54,589 bases of DNA from Bugula neritina (taxonomy: Eukaryota > Animalia > Bryozoa): positions 312,139 to 366,727 of the forward strand of contig CAXIUT010000057.1 in assembly GCA_964035545.1 (NCBI GenBank), written 5' to 3'. Below are positions 42,930-54,589 of the stretch, piece by piece. Both the position numbers and the translations under genes were made by a program. Below the pieces are notes generated by a model. The model had not been told where the DNA came from. It was given only the letters and a program-made list of their open reading frames with translations, and searched no databases. Position 1 is the stretch's first letter. Each line of letters starts with the position of its first letter.

Positions 42930-43813
42930 ATGATAAACAAGGTTGTAGGATATGGTGGATTTAAGAGCTATTCTGACAATCCCTATCCAACTCTGAAGCA
43001 AGGAAAGTAATTGTAGATAAATAATGAAGTTTGGTCATCGACTAAAAGATAGACAGATAAGATCAATCCTCTTGATAATTTTAATCATTATGGGACTTCA
43101 TATAAAAGAAATCATATTGAAAATACAAAACCTAAAGATTATCATCCTGAACATGTACCTAAAGGAGCATCTTCTTCACTTATTTTGCAGGAAATTCATT
43201 GGCTAAACCTTATGATACCCTGGAAGCATAAAATTCAGAATAACCTGGATATAAAAAAGGTTTTCAGATACTTAAAACGGAACATAACATTGGAAATCTA
43301 GCTATCAAGGAACGATAAATGAAGCTGGTACTAATATGCCTAAAAGTGACACTATTTCAAGAAAATCTTCATCACTAAACAAAATAAATCCAGAATGGTT
43401 GACTAGGAACTATCTAAAGCTTTATCCTATCGCAATAGACCGTATATTAACAATGCCAAATTGGGAGTATCAGATTATAAATTTACTTATGGATAAAAAT
43501 AGGAAATAATCCAAAGCAGATCCTCAATGAAGGTAGTACTTACCAGCCAGTAATAAATAATCCTTTGAAGTATGGTACTAATCAGTTATGGAGTGAGATT
43601 CCTGGATATCTTGGTCATAAGCCAGCTGAAGTTCCATTTTCTCAAATGAAGTCAAAAATGTAGTAAAGGAAGATGTTGGATCGAGGAGACAAGAAGTTAC
43701 TAGTTGGTGATAATTATCATGTGAATGTTCCTGGTTTTTCTGGGTATAAACCTCGAATAAATGTTGGTAAATCTATGATAAGAGAAAGTTGTTTTGAATA
43801 TCAAGTGAAATGA
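42930..43813 (+). CDS. PGY-x-G-x-x-P repeat protein, FAM166-like candidate microtubule inner protein
   Basis: VVGYGGFK, IPGYLGHKP, VPGFSGYKP. Confidence 0.55.
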
Positions 43814-43846
43814 TACTTCTTTATTAGAATATTACATATACAATAG

Positions 43847-45122
43847 ATGTTATTGATTGATAGTAGTGAATATAATTTTTAGTTATTTGGTTGTTTATGG
43901 TTGATAGCTGAAAATATTTTATCTTTTGTAAAAGGTGGTTTTTTATGTTAGAATATTAATATTATCTGGAATGAACATCATGGAATTAGATATATAGCTA
44001 AGTAGGGATAAAAATAATTTACATCTGAGGGGTTCTATTCGAAAAAACAGAGGGAAACTTATATAAGTGGAAATAAAGATAGTAAAAATAGTCCTCAAAA
44101 TCATTATAAACAATATCCAACCAGTCCTGCTCGTTTTGGTAACTCGATAGTCCTAAAAATAGTTAAGCGCAACCTCCAAGAGCAACTCCTTTTCAAAGAT
44201 CTCGCAATCATTCTATTTAAAGAACTAAAGAGAGCGTTCAATAGATAAATGTAACTAAGATAATCGCAGAGAAGTGTTGAAATTTTCAAATATAAGAAGA
44301 AATTAGATGAGTAAATGCGCTAAAGAGAGAAATTACAGTAGATAAATGTTGTCAAGAGTTGAAGATAACGAATTTAAGCGAATAGATAAATAAATTGCGT
44401 TTGGAGAAAAAATAAAATGAGAAGAAGGCACTTTAGTTTCAAAAAACTGCTTAGCAGAGTACTCAAAATTTGGCAAGAGCTAATCAAAATATATAGCAGT
44501 TATCTAAAAATTTGAAGAAACGAGGATGAATCAAAATCTTTGAATAATTTAAAGAATATACAGAATCAGTTGGAATATCTTCAAGAGAGGAATAAGAAGT
44601 TAACAATTTAGAACCAATAATTATTGAAAAGTAATAAGGCAATGAAAAATGATTTATAGAAGATAACTAGAGACAATTCGTAAGAATCTGAACAGACTTC
44701 AAAGGTAACTAAATCAGATAAAGAGAAAGTTGATAACTAGACAAAGTTGTTGGCTTAGTCAGCTTTAAATAAAAGCGAAAGAGAACGTTTCTTGTAGACC
44801 AATATTCAAGAGCTGTAAAAGAAATTATACTAAAAATAGAAATAGATAAAAAAGTTGATGATTCAGTTGAATTGTATAGATCGAAAGAAAATGTTTTCGA
44901 TTGATGAGGTAAACATAAAAAGATATTGAGATAAAAGATTTAAGACAGAAAGTAATTAAGGTGACTAAAGATTTAAGAGAAACTAAAGATAAATTTGCTA
45001 AGAATTAGAAATCAAGATCTCTTAAAGAAACGGCTTTTTTGAGGAAGGTAAAATCAAGTAAAAAGCTTGGAATTAATTCAGAATCAGAAGAAATAACATT
45101 GGAATTGAGTTCATAGGCATGA
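43847..45122 (+). CDS. Hypothetical coiled-coil protein
   Basis: E/K/Q/L-rich heptads; start uncertain. Confidence 0.45.
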
Positions 45123-45227
45123 ATATAAAATAGCCATAATTTGATTTTTTAATTATTTGAATGTTGATCAACTATTATAGTTGGAAATTTATTAGAACTT
45201 TTGATCGTTAATACAATCATTTTCTTA

Positions 45228-46392
45228 ATGAACCAGTACAGTCTTGTTTCTAAGTTAGGCTAAGGAGCATTTTCAGTTGTCTACAGAGTGAAACGTAAAG
45301 AAGACAATCAACTTTATGCCATGAAGAAGATACGTATCTCCACTCTTAATGAAAAATAGTTGGCTAACTGTCTCAATGAAGTTCGTATCTTAGCCAGCAT
45401 TGAACATCCTCATATCCTAAGCTATAAAGATTCTTTTTACGATGAACTAAGCAACACTTTTTGCATAGTTACTTAATATCTGGAAGGAGGTGATGTGTTC
45501 CAGATGATCAACAAAAACAAAAGTTCAAAAAAGAATATTGAAGAAAGTGTTATTTGGCAAGTTGCATATCAATCATTAAAAGGATTAGCAGCTCTACATG
45601 AAATGCATATTCTTCATAGAGATATCAAATGTGCCAACATCTTCCTTACGAAAGATAAGGCTCAAGTTAAACTCGCGGATATGAATGTTTCCATAGTTAC
45701 TTCATCAGGAATGGCAAGAACTCAGACTGGTACTCCATACTATGCCAGTCCCGAAGTATGGCAATAAAAACCTTATAGTGCTAAATGCGATATTTGGTCA
45801 TTGGGGTGTGTCCTTTATGAAATGGCAACTCAAAGACCTCCTTTTGTTAGTCATGATCTTAAATCTTTGAAGAGAACTATTATATCAGGAGTTTACAAGA
45901 GAGTTCCTGTTCAATATTCTAATGATTTGTAAAGTTTCATTAGACTATGTTTAAAGTGGATCCAAAAGATAGAATGTCAGCTTCTGAACTTCTCGATTGT
46001 GATTTTCTTAAGAAAAGAAACACTTTAAAGAGCAACTTCTTAATGATTCTGTTCAATTGAACAAGAGTGGAAGTTATAGTTGTAAAATGATAGGAAAGAT
46101 AACTATTCCAAGGAGAAGAGATTTTAGAAATATCAAGTAGATGTTACCTAAGCATAAATTTGGTTAAAATTCTGTTGATAAGATCACATAGAACCGATCT
46201 TACTTTGAATAAAAGAACAAATAAAATGTTCTTAATTTATCTAATACAAATAAAGTGACTAAAAAAGATCAATTACCAAGTATTCAGCGTAGTTCTAGTT
46301 TAAGAGTTCGACATGATGTTAAAGCTAAAGTTTAAGAGAAGGTAACTATTGAAGATAGACCTCCTTTACCTCGTAAACCTGTTAGGGCATGA
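45228..46392 (+). CDS. NIMA-related (NEK) Ser/Thr kinase
   Basis: LGEGAFSVV, YAMKK, NEVRILAS, HRDIKCANIF, KLADMNVS, TQTGTPYYASPEVW, CDIWSLG; two 1-nt deletions at about 45953 and 46027. Confidence 0.93.
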
Positions 46393-46504
46393 TAATTCAT
46401 TTTTTAAGTTAAGATAATTTATATTTAGATGGTTTTGTTAGATTGGTATTGATTTATATGAATTCTTGGATTTAATATATATTAAATTTTACCACATATC
46501 GCAA

Positions 46505-46914
46505 ATGGTACTCATAGAATAACTCAGGGATATTCTAGATTTGTTGAAGTTGGCAGAGTTGTCAGAGTGTCATATGGACCTGACCAAGGAAATCTTGCTA
46601 CTATTGTCGATATTCTCAGTGATAAAAGAGTTCTCGTCGATGGATAAAATATCAAAAGACAAGTTATTCCAGTCAAAAGACTTCAATTGACCAAGCAAGT
46701 CGTTAAAGTTTTAAGAGGAGCAAGAAGTGGAAAAGTTAAATCAATTGTCAAGAAAGAAAATGTTGCTAAGAAATTCGCTGAAAGTTCATTGGGAAAAGCC
46801 TATGCTCGTCAGAGTCGTCGTCAGGCTTTAACTGATTTCTAGAGATACAAAGTTCTTGTTTTGAGAAGAAAATTATCCAAACTAAGAAGAGCTAAGGTTA
46901 ATAAGAAGAAATGA
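46505..46914 (+). CDS. RPL14: 60S ribosomal protein L14 (eL14)
   Basis: M|GYSRFVEVGRVV..GPDQGNLATIVDILSDKRVLVDG..LTDFERYKV; 20-nt intron 46508-46527. Confidence 0.96.
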
Positions 46915-47012
46915 TCTAGCTTTATTTAAATCGAATTAATGAGCAGTATATTTAACTATTTGAATGCATTTGTGATGATAGAATTGGTGATTAATAAGTT
47001 TGGTGACTTTAA

Positions 47013-47443
47013 TCATGAGATGGGAGCTTTATTATTTTATTTTTTGAAGGCTTCTACATGTTCGATATAGGTGATGTAGTGCTTGACTCTGGTGAAAGAA
47101 GGAAGAGTTTATGCTGAGATAGTGTAGCCGAGATCTTATTCAACTTGCATAGCCAGTTCAATAGCATCTAAAGAGTCAAGTCCATGTTCTTGAAGAGAGC
47201 TGTCTTTAGTGACACCTGGTTTAGTATGGAAGTACCATTTTTATAGGTGGTTCTAAAATAATTTTGGACTGTTTTTACCACGTAGGCTTCGATATCTTAT
47301 TGCTTTTTAAGGGTGATAGCTGTTCGATTTACGAGTTGTCCTTCTTTGTACTGGGTAATGTTCGAGGTAGAAGCAGCGGAGGTTGATGATTTTTGAACTT
47401 AGGTGGCAAAAAGTGCTACTCTTTTCATGAGGTTTCTCAACAT
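47013..47443 (-). CDS. Mitochondrial acyl carrier protein (NDUFAB1-like)
   Basis: Presequence-like N-terminus; HGLDSLDAIELAMQVEEDLG with the phosphopantetheine Ser; 20-nt intron 47216-47235. Confidence 0.93.
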
Positions 47444-47669
47444 AGCTTTTATATTGATAAATAAATATGATTATTGAGTGAAGTTGAACATATTGTTAAT
47501 GTTATTTCAAATGATTTTATTAATAGATTAAAACAAATTTTATTTTTCGATTTATTACCCGCATAAAATAGTGGTTGAATTTATAGTTCGAGTGCGAAAA
47601 GTCTCAATAGTTTAAATTTTCGGCTGGTTTTCTTCATTTATTTAATATGAAGTGAATTAAAACCAGTTT

Positions 47670-49593
47670 ATGAGAAATCATAACTTTCAGAAAATGTTAT
47701 AAATGAAAGATAATGAGTTTTATAATCGAATAGGCTCATAACTTTTTGCTTAACATTTCATCTCAATTCATAGAAAAAAGATAAGCCTTTCATAGAAATT
47801 GGACCTCGTTGAAGAATAAACAACAAAAATCTTTTTCTTGTTAATAAGACCATCTAGCCTATCTAGGTTTGTAAATGGAAGAAAACTAAAAAGACATAGC
47901 GACAGCTAGGTTCTTCCTTCCTAACATCTACTAAAAAATATCAGGAATGTTTTTTATGCAGATCCACAAAAAAATTTAACAAATCACTTTTTAAGTCAAA
48001 TTTATTACTCCTAATCACAAATACCTTCACGTTGATGGAAAAGAAAGAATGAAATTAATGTCTAAATACTTAAATAGTCAGTTTCTTAACTACTCAGGTC
48101 AATAATTTAATTTAACTTTGAATATTGTCAATGGAGAACTTCTTCTTAAATCCCCTACCTTCTACAGTCTATCAACATATAAAAGCCAAAAATCTATAAG
48201 TTTTCTAATCTAAAAAACAAGAAAGAAAATCTATTAAATAGCTGGTAAAATTTATAAAAGTCTTTAGTATGCAATTTAGCTAACTGATGAATACGTTAAC
48301 AATTAGAAAAAGGAGTGGAATCTTGTGAATAGAAATAATTTTAAGAAATATTTTAAGTATGCTAAAATAGCTAATGTTTTTCAGTATATTTGTTCATAGT
48401 AAACTCAATAAGAAGATTTTACACAAAATCAACTTCAATAGCAACTTGAATCTATCGAAAAAATAAAATAGAATTATACCAGTTATTGTCATTAGATGGA
48501 TTCAGTTATTTTTTATTCCTATTTTTAATCTTCTTTTCTACCTAAAATTGAAGAATCGTAGCTGGAAATAGAACGTTTTTAAAAATAAAAAATGGATAAT
48601 AAAATAAAAATGCCATAAATGCAAAGATCATCTAACCCTTCTTAGAACAGTTATGTTTTAAATTACATAAAAACAAAAAAACCATTAAGTAAAACTATCC
48701 TTAAGAGGATCGCTCAAGGAGGATTTTCTACTATATACTTAGCTGAGATATAATTTTGGTATGTAAGTTCTTACAACTTGAATCCAGTGGTTATTTAGGG
48801 AGTTGAAACATATGAACCTCATCGAAAGATGATAGCAGTTAAGAAAGAAGATTCAAAAGTTGAGTTAAAAAGCAGAATAAGTCATTAAATATATATTTTG
48901 ACTAAAATAAAGAACGGAGTATCAATATTTTTACCTAAATATTACTTGTTAGCTCAAAAATAAAACAAATTTGAAAATAGTTTGTTGACTGATTATATAG
49001 ATTATCCAAGTTTGCATGACTACTGCTATAGATATAAACAGACTATGTCTTTTCACACAAAAATATATTTTTCAATTATGATAGCTCAAAGTCTTAGATA
49101 TTTAGCATAGTATAAAATAGCTCACCTTGATCTCAAGCCTACCAATATTATGACAAATAAAAGATTGACAATCAAGCTGCTTGATTTTGGTTAGTCTTAC
49201 CATCCATAACTTAAAGGTATATTTTATACTAAAATAGGTCATTAGCCTGGATTTTCAATGCCTTACAGTGCTCCTTAAAATTATTTAGTACCTTAGACTT
49301 ATAGTTACAAGAATGATGTCTTTTCTTTGGGAGTAATTATGCACTAGATGTTTATCGGTCGGCTTCCTTTTTATTTTTATGATGAATCTCTTGAATACAA
49401 GAAGTATCTTTAGGGTAGGTTTTATGATTATATGTATTTTATACCATAGTAGAATGGAATAAGAGGATAGAGGATGGTATTTCCTTTGATTTAGTGGATA
49501 ATCATGAAATGCCTGCACTAAAAACCTGAGCACAGGCCATAACTATAGTGGATTGTATTTATACTGAGAGGTTGTATCGATTATTTCTATTGA
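47670..49593 (+). CDS. Ser/Thr protein kinase with long N-terminal region
   Basis: IAQGGFSTIY, IAVKK, HLDLKPTNIM, DFGES, YSAPE, NDVFSLGVIMHEM; 21-nt intron after LKG; start approximate. Confidence 0.85.
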
Positions 49594-49657
49594 TACATTA
49601 TCTTTATTTGATTTATATTGGTTTATTTGTTTATATTGAGTAATAAGTCAGTATAGA

Positions 49658-50560
49658 TCAATATTTGATTGAGAGTTTTTTTGATGAAGTTGGGTAGTTG
49701 TAGACATCTCCGTCATATTGTCCAAATTACGATGATTGGCGATATGCTCCAGGTCCAGGAAGTTTGATACTTGATTGCTAGATCTAATCGAAAGCAGTTA
49801 TTCTTTTTGAATTACCAAATTTGGCCTGAGTTCCTCCTTTATGAGTTGAAACAAGATATTTTCCTATTTTAGATAAATTAGTGGGATTATTGTATTGCCC
49901 TGGACCTGGTACTTTGTTGTCTATGTCATTATGAATATACCTGAAGTACTGAATCTTTTGGATCTTGATGTTCTGAAAGCGATTCTGCTTTATTCAGGAT
50001 TGATGTAGTCTGTGGGAGAGGGGTTATCGTTTTGTGCATCAATGGTCATCTTTCTATCAAATATTTTTGTTCTATTTCCGAGGGTATATGAAGGAGCTCT
50101 TTTATTTCTGAGGGATGTTTATGTTTATAGATGATATTTACCGACTCCGGGTTGTTTGGTAATATTTTTATTGATATAGGTATCATAGATAATTTTCTTT
50201 TTAGATGTATTGATACTTATCGATCGAGAGTAAGTGAGTATCCTTTGTTTTTTTGTCTATTTTTATCAAAAACTGTTGGAATGTTGTATCTGTTGCTGCC
50301 GGGAGCAGGTGAAGGATAGCGATTAATGGCAACTTTATGTCCATAGCCGATAATAGCACCTGTATTTTTATGATTTAGAGGGTTTCCTTGGTAGGTATTG
50401 ACTGGACAACTGTATTGATGTTGATATACTTTGAGGAAGATGAGTTGAATCGAGGGGATTTTGAGAAGGCGTGGGTTTGTTTGGTGATGGAGTGGTTGGA
50501 GTGGGAGTTGTTTATTGAGGAGAAAGGGGACACTGATTTCAGACAATGTTTTTATTTCAT
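49658..50560 (-). CDS. Sperm-tail PG-rich repeat (STPG/ODF3/SHIPPO-like) ciliary protein
   Basis: PAPGSNRY, PSPTDY, VPGPGQY, LPGPGAY repeats; 20-nt intron 50410-50429. Confidence 0.8.
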
Positions 50561-50813
50561 TAATAATTAACTATAGTATTTAATACTATGGAACTAGCAT
50601 GTCAGGTTTTTAAAATAAAACTTGAAAAAAATGAAATATAACTGGTTTTTCCAGTAAAAATAGTATTTATAATATAAAAAAGGAAGATTAAAGTTGTGAA
50701 AGAAAATAACTCCAATCCATTTAGCTTTTAGTTTTTCCATTTCTTAAATTTCAACCAAATAATACAAAGATAAAAAATAATAACAACAATGATAATTAAC
50801 AATACAAAAACAA

Positions 50814-52924
50814 TCAAAAAGAAATATTGATTCCTTTTCTTTTAAATATTTCTATTTTATCTCTATACCTCCTCAAGACGATCTTATTATTACTTAATGT
50901 AATATTCTTCAACTCTCCTAAATGATCAACTTCTTTTTAAAGCCACTAAAGACATCTCTCAGAAAATGAGTTATAACTTAAATTCAATGATGTTATTTGA
51001 CTGCATCTGTTGATTAATTAAGGGAATATATCGTCTGTTAACTTGTTGTTCATTAGTTTTACTTGTTTTAGTTTTGATTTGTTGGGGAATGATTCAGATA
51101 TTGTCATCATTGAATTGTCTCCTAAGAAGGCGCCTCCTAAATCAAGAACCTAGAGTTTATCTTTTTGGAGTTATTCTAATATTTTTATGTATTTTTATGG
51201 GAGATCTAGTTTCTTTTTGCGTTTGTTGTCTGTTTTTTAATTTGAAATTATTGATTGTTCAGATTCGTTCATATTTTGATTGTTTTTGCATTTGCGAATA
51301 GTTTTATATTTCTAATTCTAATTAAAAAAGTTAATAGAACTAAGAGTTTTTGAAGTTTGAAGTTTTCTTTATTTTACTTCTTTTGATTTTATCAAAGGTT
51401 GAGCATTTATGTTGCTCAAAGAATCTTTTCTTTTAAGTCCAAGCTAAACATCAATAGTGACTTAAGATAGATTTAAAAAAGGAGAAGAAGGGATAACATT
51501 CTGATGATTCATAGGTAAACCAGGTGAAGCTTATGATCCCTATCGACTATTTATTCCAATTAATAGATTATTTTATTGCTGATTAAGAATGTTATTCTAA
51601 TTTTTAATGGGTTTTGCTATGATTAGTGTTGTATTCTTTGCTCTAAGAGGAGTAGCAGGTCTGTTTCTGATATTTTTATTTTATATTTATCTTTTCTTTG
51701 TCTAAATATAACTATTTATGTCATTTATATTTTCACTGTTAAATTTAGTATTCTTTTTAATCATTTAAATATCTACTGGCTTTAATTAAAAGTTAAACTA
51801 GTTGATTTATCTTTCTATTTTTGATTTGTATATTTGATTATAGCTGTCTATTTATCTGATAAGATACTAACCTTCTTCTCTAATATAGTGTTTTTAGTGA
51901 TTAGGATCAATATAAACTATATTTTATTCTATATTTTATAAGTTGAATAAATTTTACATTCCTTAAGTCATCTTCTAAAAATTCATAACATAAATATTCT
52001 TTTTCTTTGTCAACTCTTATAATTATAATTATTTTATTAACTTATTCTTTTTATATTAAACTATTGAATCTAAATTATTTATTAATTCTTTTTAAATATT
52101 TTTGACTATTTCGTTCATTTGTTTTATAAAAATTTTTATTTGTTTTAATTATTTAGTCTTTTTATCTGTTAGTAATTGTATTATTTAAGTTTAGTAAGTT
52201 TAAGAGTTTAGTTTTTCTTATCTATTTTGTAGTTATTAATAATTTTTGAAACAATTTTCAGTTAAAATACTAAATTGATTTAAAAACTTGTCATAGGGAA
52301 TGATGGTGTGAAGTTTATGTTATCCAAAAAGACCGCAATTTGAACATATCAAACACTTATCTTCTAAACAAATTAAATCTGCTTTTTTTGAATGAAGAAG
52401 ACAATGATCAAAATTGATACTTGATTTTTTAGATTATTTTTTGATATTCTTTTAGAATTAAGGCTATAAAAAGTTATTTTATTGATGTTTTGGGGATAAT
52501 GAACCTATATATTCTGATAGTATGTTATCTTCACAGATAGTATCTGACAACTAGCTATAATTTCGATGTTAAATTTAACTTTTTCTCTCATAAGTAGTCG
52601 ATTCCTCACCTTTTATATTGTTATTTTTGATTTTAATAGGAGTTTTTATTTCGTCAGTATCTTTTATTTTTTATTGATCTTTTTTTCCATGAGAGTTAAT
52701 AGCTAGAGAAAGGAGTTATTCATTTGTATTAAAAGCTTATTCTTTGAATCTTCTTAATTGAATTCTTTTTCTATCGAGAGGGCATACTGAATAATACTAT
52801 TTGTACATATTTGTTCTTTAAGGCAAATCAGGCAGAGTGTATGTTGACAGTTGATCAGTGATTTTGGAGGATTTTAGTTGGTGTACTTCTAGTGGCATTG
52901 AGGGCAGGTTATTGAGTTATCCAT
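50814..52924 (-). CDS. RING + B-box + coiled-coil (TRIM-like) protein, possible C-terminal LRR
   Basis: CPQC..NCQHTLCLIC..CPLD RING; CLLHSKKADLICLEDKCLICSNCGLFGEHKLH B-box; LNLSYNSF near the end. Confidence 0.75.
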
Positions 52925-53120
52925 TTTTCTGTTTGTTTTGTAGTAAATTAATAGAAAGTTATTGTTTTGATAATTTCTAAGAATATATAGAGCTTAATAT
53001 CGGCATTGAATAAGTTATTTAATTTCTACTAGCAAATATAAATAAGAAGTATTTTAATCATTTATGTTAGTTGTAATAGTTGATTGAAATGATAGAAGAT
53101 AATGCATAAATGCTATGTAA

Positions 53121-53731
53121 TCAAAAGTTTTATCCTTTGAAGTTTCTGTAGGTTCCTTTTTATATCATTTGATTTTCAAGGGTAATAGGCACATAATTTC
53201 TTAATTTATTCAATTAATTTTCACGAGGATAGCAACTTATAATATTGAATGGTTTCTGTTGTCCCTCGTATACTCTAAATCGTTAGAATCCTTTCTTTCT
53301 AGGCTGCCCTTCGATTTTACCTGCACCTCCTGCGGGTTCATACTTGCCAATATTGCTCTATATTTTTCCTTTTGATTGATTTTGACTGATAGATGGCAAT
53401 TTGTAGCCTTAGGTTTGTCTTTCAGGGTTCGTGGTGATTGGCTAGACTCGTTCCAGATAGGGTTTTGTTGAACTTTTTTGTTCTTTGAAATCAGAGTGGT
53501 TGCGTTCTAGTTGTCTGTGTTATTTGGGAGGCATTTTTTATAATTTTTGGAGAGAACTGTACATGTTTCTCTCTTGGGCGGAGAAGTAGTCATTCGCTTT
53601 ACTGGCTTTGGCGTGATAGAGACTGTCATAGAGGTTGCGGGATTGGCTGAATAAGTGATGTGGTACTAGGTTGGGTTTGCGTAGCGAGGGCTGCGGTATT
53701 AGTAGGTGTAGGGACGAGGATCGACCAGCAT
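53121..53731 (-). CDS. Hypothetical protein
   Basis: Open frame from MLVDPRPYTYEYRSPRYANP to ...RNFKGENF-TGA. Confidence 0.55.
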
Positions 53732-53917
53732 CACTTGCAATAAAAATATTATATGAAAACTACTAATTCATTTTCATCTATTTATCTAAGTTCATATTTG
53801 ATAAAATTATCAATGGACTTAAATAAAGCTATCTGATGATTCGATATTAATTTATTGCTATAAATAGATTTAGGTGAATGGAACAAATAAATATTCTAAT
53901 AAGTTATATAAAATTTA

Positions 53918-54458
53918 ATGGCAGGAGGTAAAGGTAAATCCCCGGAAAAGGTTGAAAGAGTCAAAGATCCCGTCTCAGTAGTTCAATTTCTATTTAGTAA
54001 ATGAGAATTCACAGGGAGAGTTTACATAAATAGACTGTAGCTGAGAAAATCAATGAATAGTTCAAGATACCTCGACCCTAACATGTCAATTTTTACACTT
54101 AAAAACCAAATAACAACCCATACCTTCTCATGAAAATGAAAAACTAAGGTAAAAACATAAACGGAGTTGACTATGAATAGAAATTACGTGATGGATATTA
54201 CAAAGCCTAGCTGACAGGATAAATAAACGACAAATTAAAAACAGTGACTCACACTCCTAAGGACAAATGGAATGTTCCGCAGACAGCCAACCAGGAAATC
54301 GGGTGGCTAGCGAATGTAGATTTCGATATATTAAGCAAAGATTTCCTGAGCATTCCAAATTTATTCATAAGCGAGAGGGGTGTCCGTAGACTCATTATGC
54401 TGACAACTACTATACTATGAGTCATGTTTCGTTGTTTAGCAATAAATCTAAGAAATGA
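53918..54458 (+). CDS. CFAP144: FAM183/CFAP144-like ciliary microtubule inner protein
   Basis: TPKDKWNVPQTANQEIGW, ETHYADNYY; 20-nt introns 53978-53997 and 54316-54335. Confidence 0.75.
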
Positions 54459-54497
54459 TCTTTATCGACTATATATCTATTATTTTGATATGCTGGA

Positions 54498-54589
54498 GGG
54501 GTTGGGGTTGGGGTTGGGGTTGGGGTTGGGGTTGGGGTTGGGGTTGGGGTTGGGGTTGGGGTTGGGGTTGGGGTTGGGGTTGGGGTTGG
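54498..54589 (+). repeat. Right telomere, (GGGGTT)n
   Basis: Perfect G4T2 repeats to the end of the contig. Confidence 0.98.

Noticed and set aside
37138-54458. Apparent cluster of ciliary genes (ADGB, FAM166-like, NEK, STPG, CFAP144) on the right-hand 20.7-kb segment
   Set aside because: Ciliary genes are a large fraction of ciliate genomes, and they are interspersed with unrelated housekeeping genes

Overview
This window is a telomere-to-telomere piece of a ciliate macronuclear genome. It has (C4A2)n at the left end, (G4T2)n at the right end, and a third internal (C4A2)n tract at 33874-33936. It is AT-rich and very gene-dense, with about 38 protein genes. The supplied standard-code ORF track is misleading: TAA and TAG both encode Glu, as shown at invariant Glu positions in ABC, kinase, carboxypeptidase, RSP3 and RPL14 motifs, and TGA is the only stop. 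This is the peritrich-type nuclear code (table 30). Introns are GT-AG and almost all exactly 20 nt, with a few of 21 nt. Recognisable genes are ISCA1, RPL38, a TBC RabGAP, OPA3, a full-length ABCB/MDR transporter, two tandem EamA/DMT transporters, a Ulp1/SENP protease, an RSP3 with an N-terminal degenerate ARF/ARL-like domain, a CBP60-like putative DNA-binding protein, a serine carboxypeptidase S10, a TMEM63/TMC-like channel, a PP2A-A-like HEAT protein, an androglobin-like protein, a small secreted 8-Cys protein, a NEK kinase, RPL14, mitochondrial ACP, a second kinase, an STPG/ODF3-like protein, a RING-B-box protein and FAM183/CFAP144. Several genes carry 1-2 nt indels in homopolymers, most likely long-read consensus errors. 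All translations were done by eye, so boundaries of the hypothetical genes are approximate.
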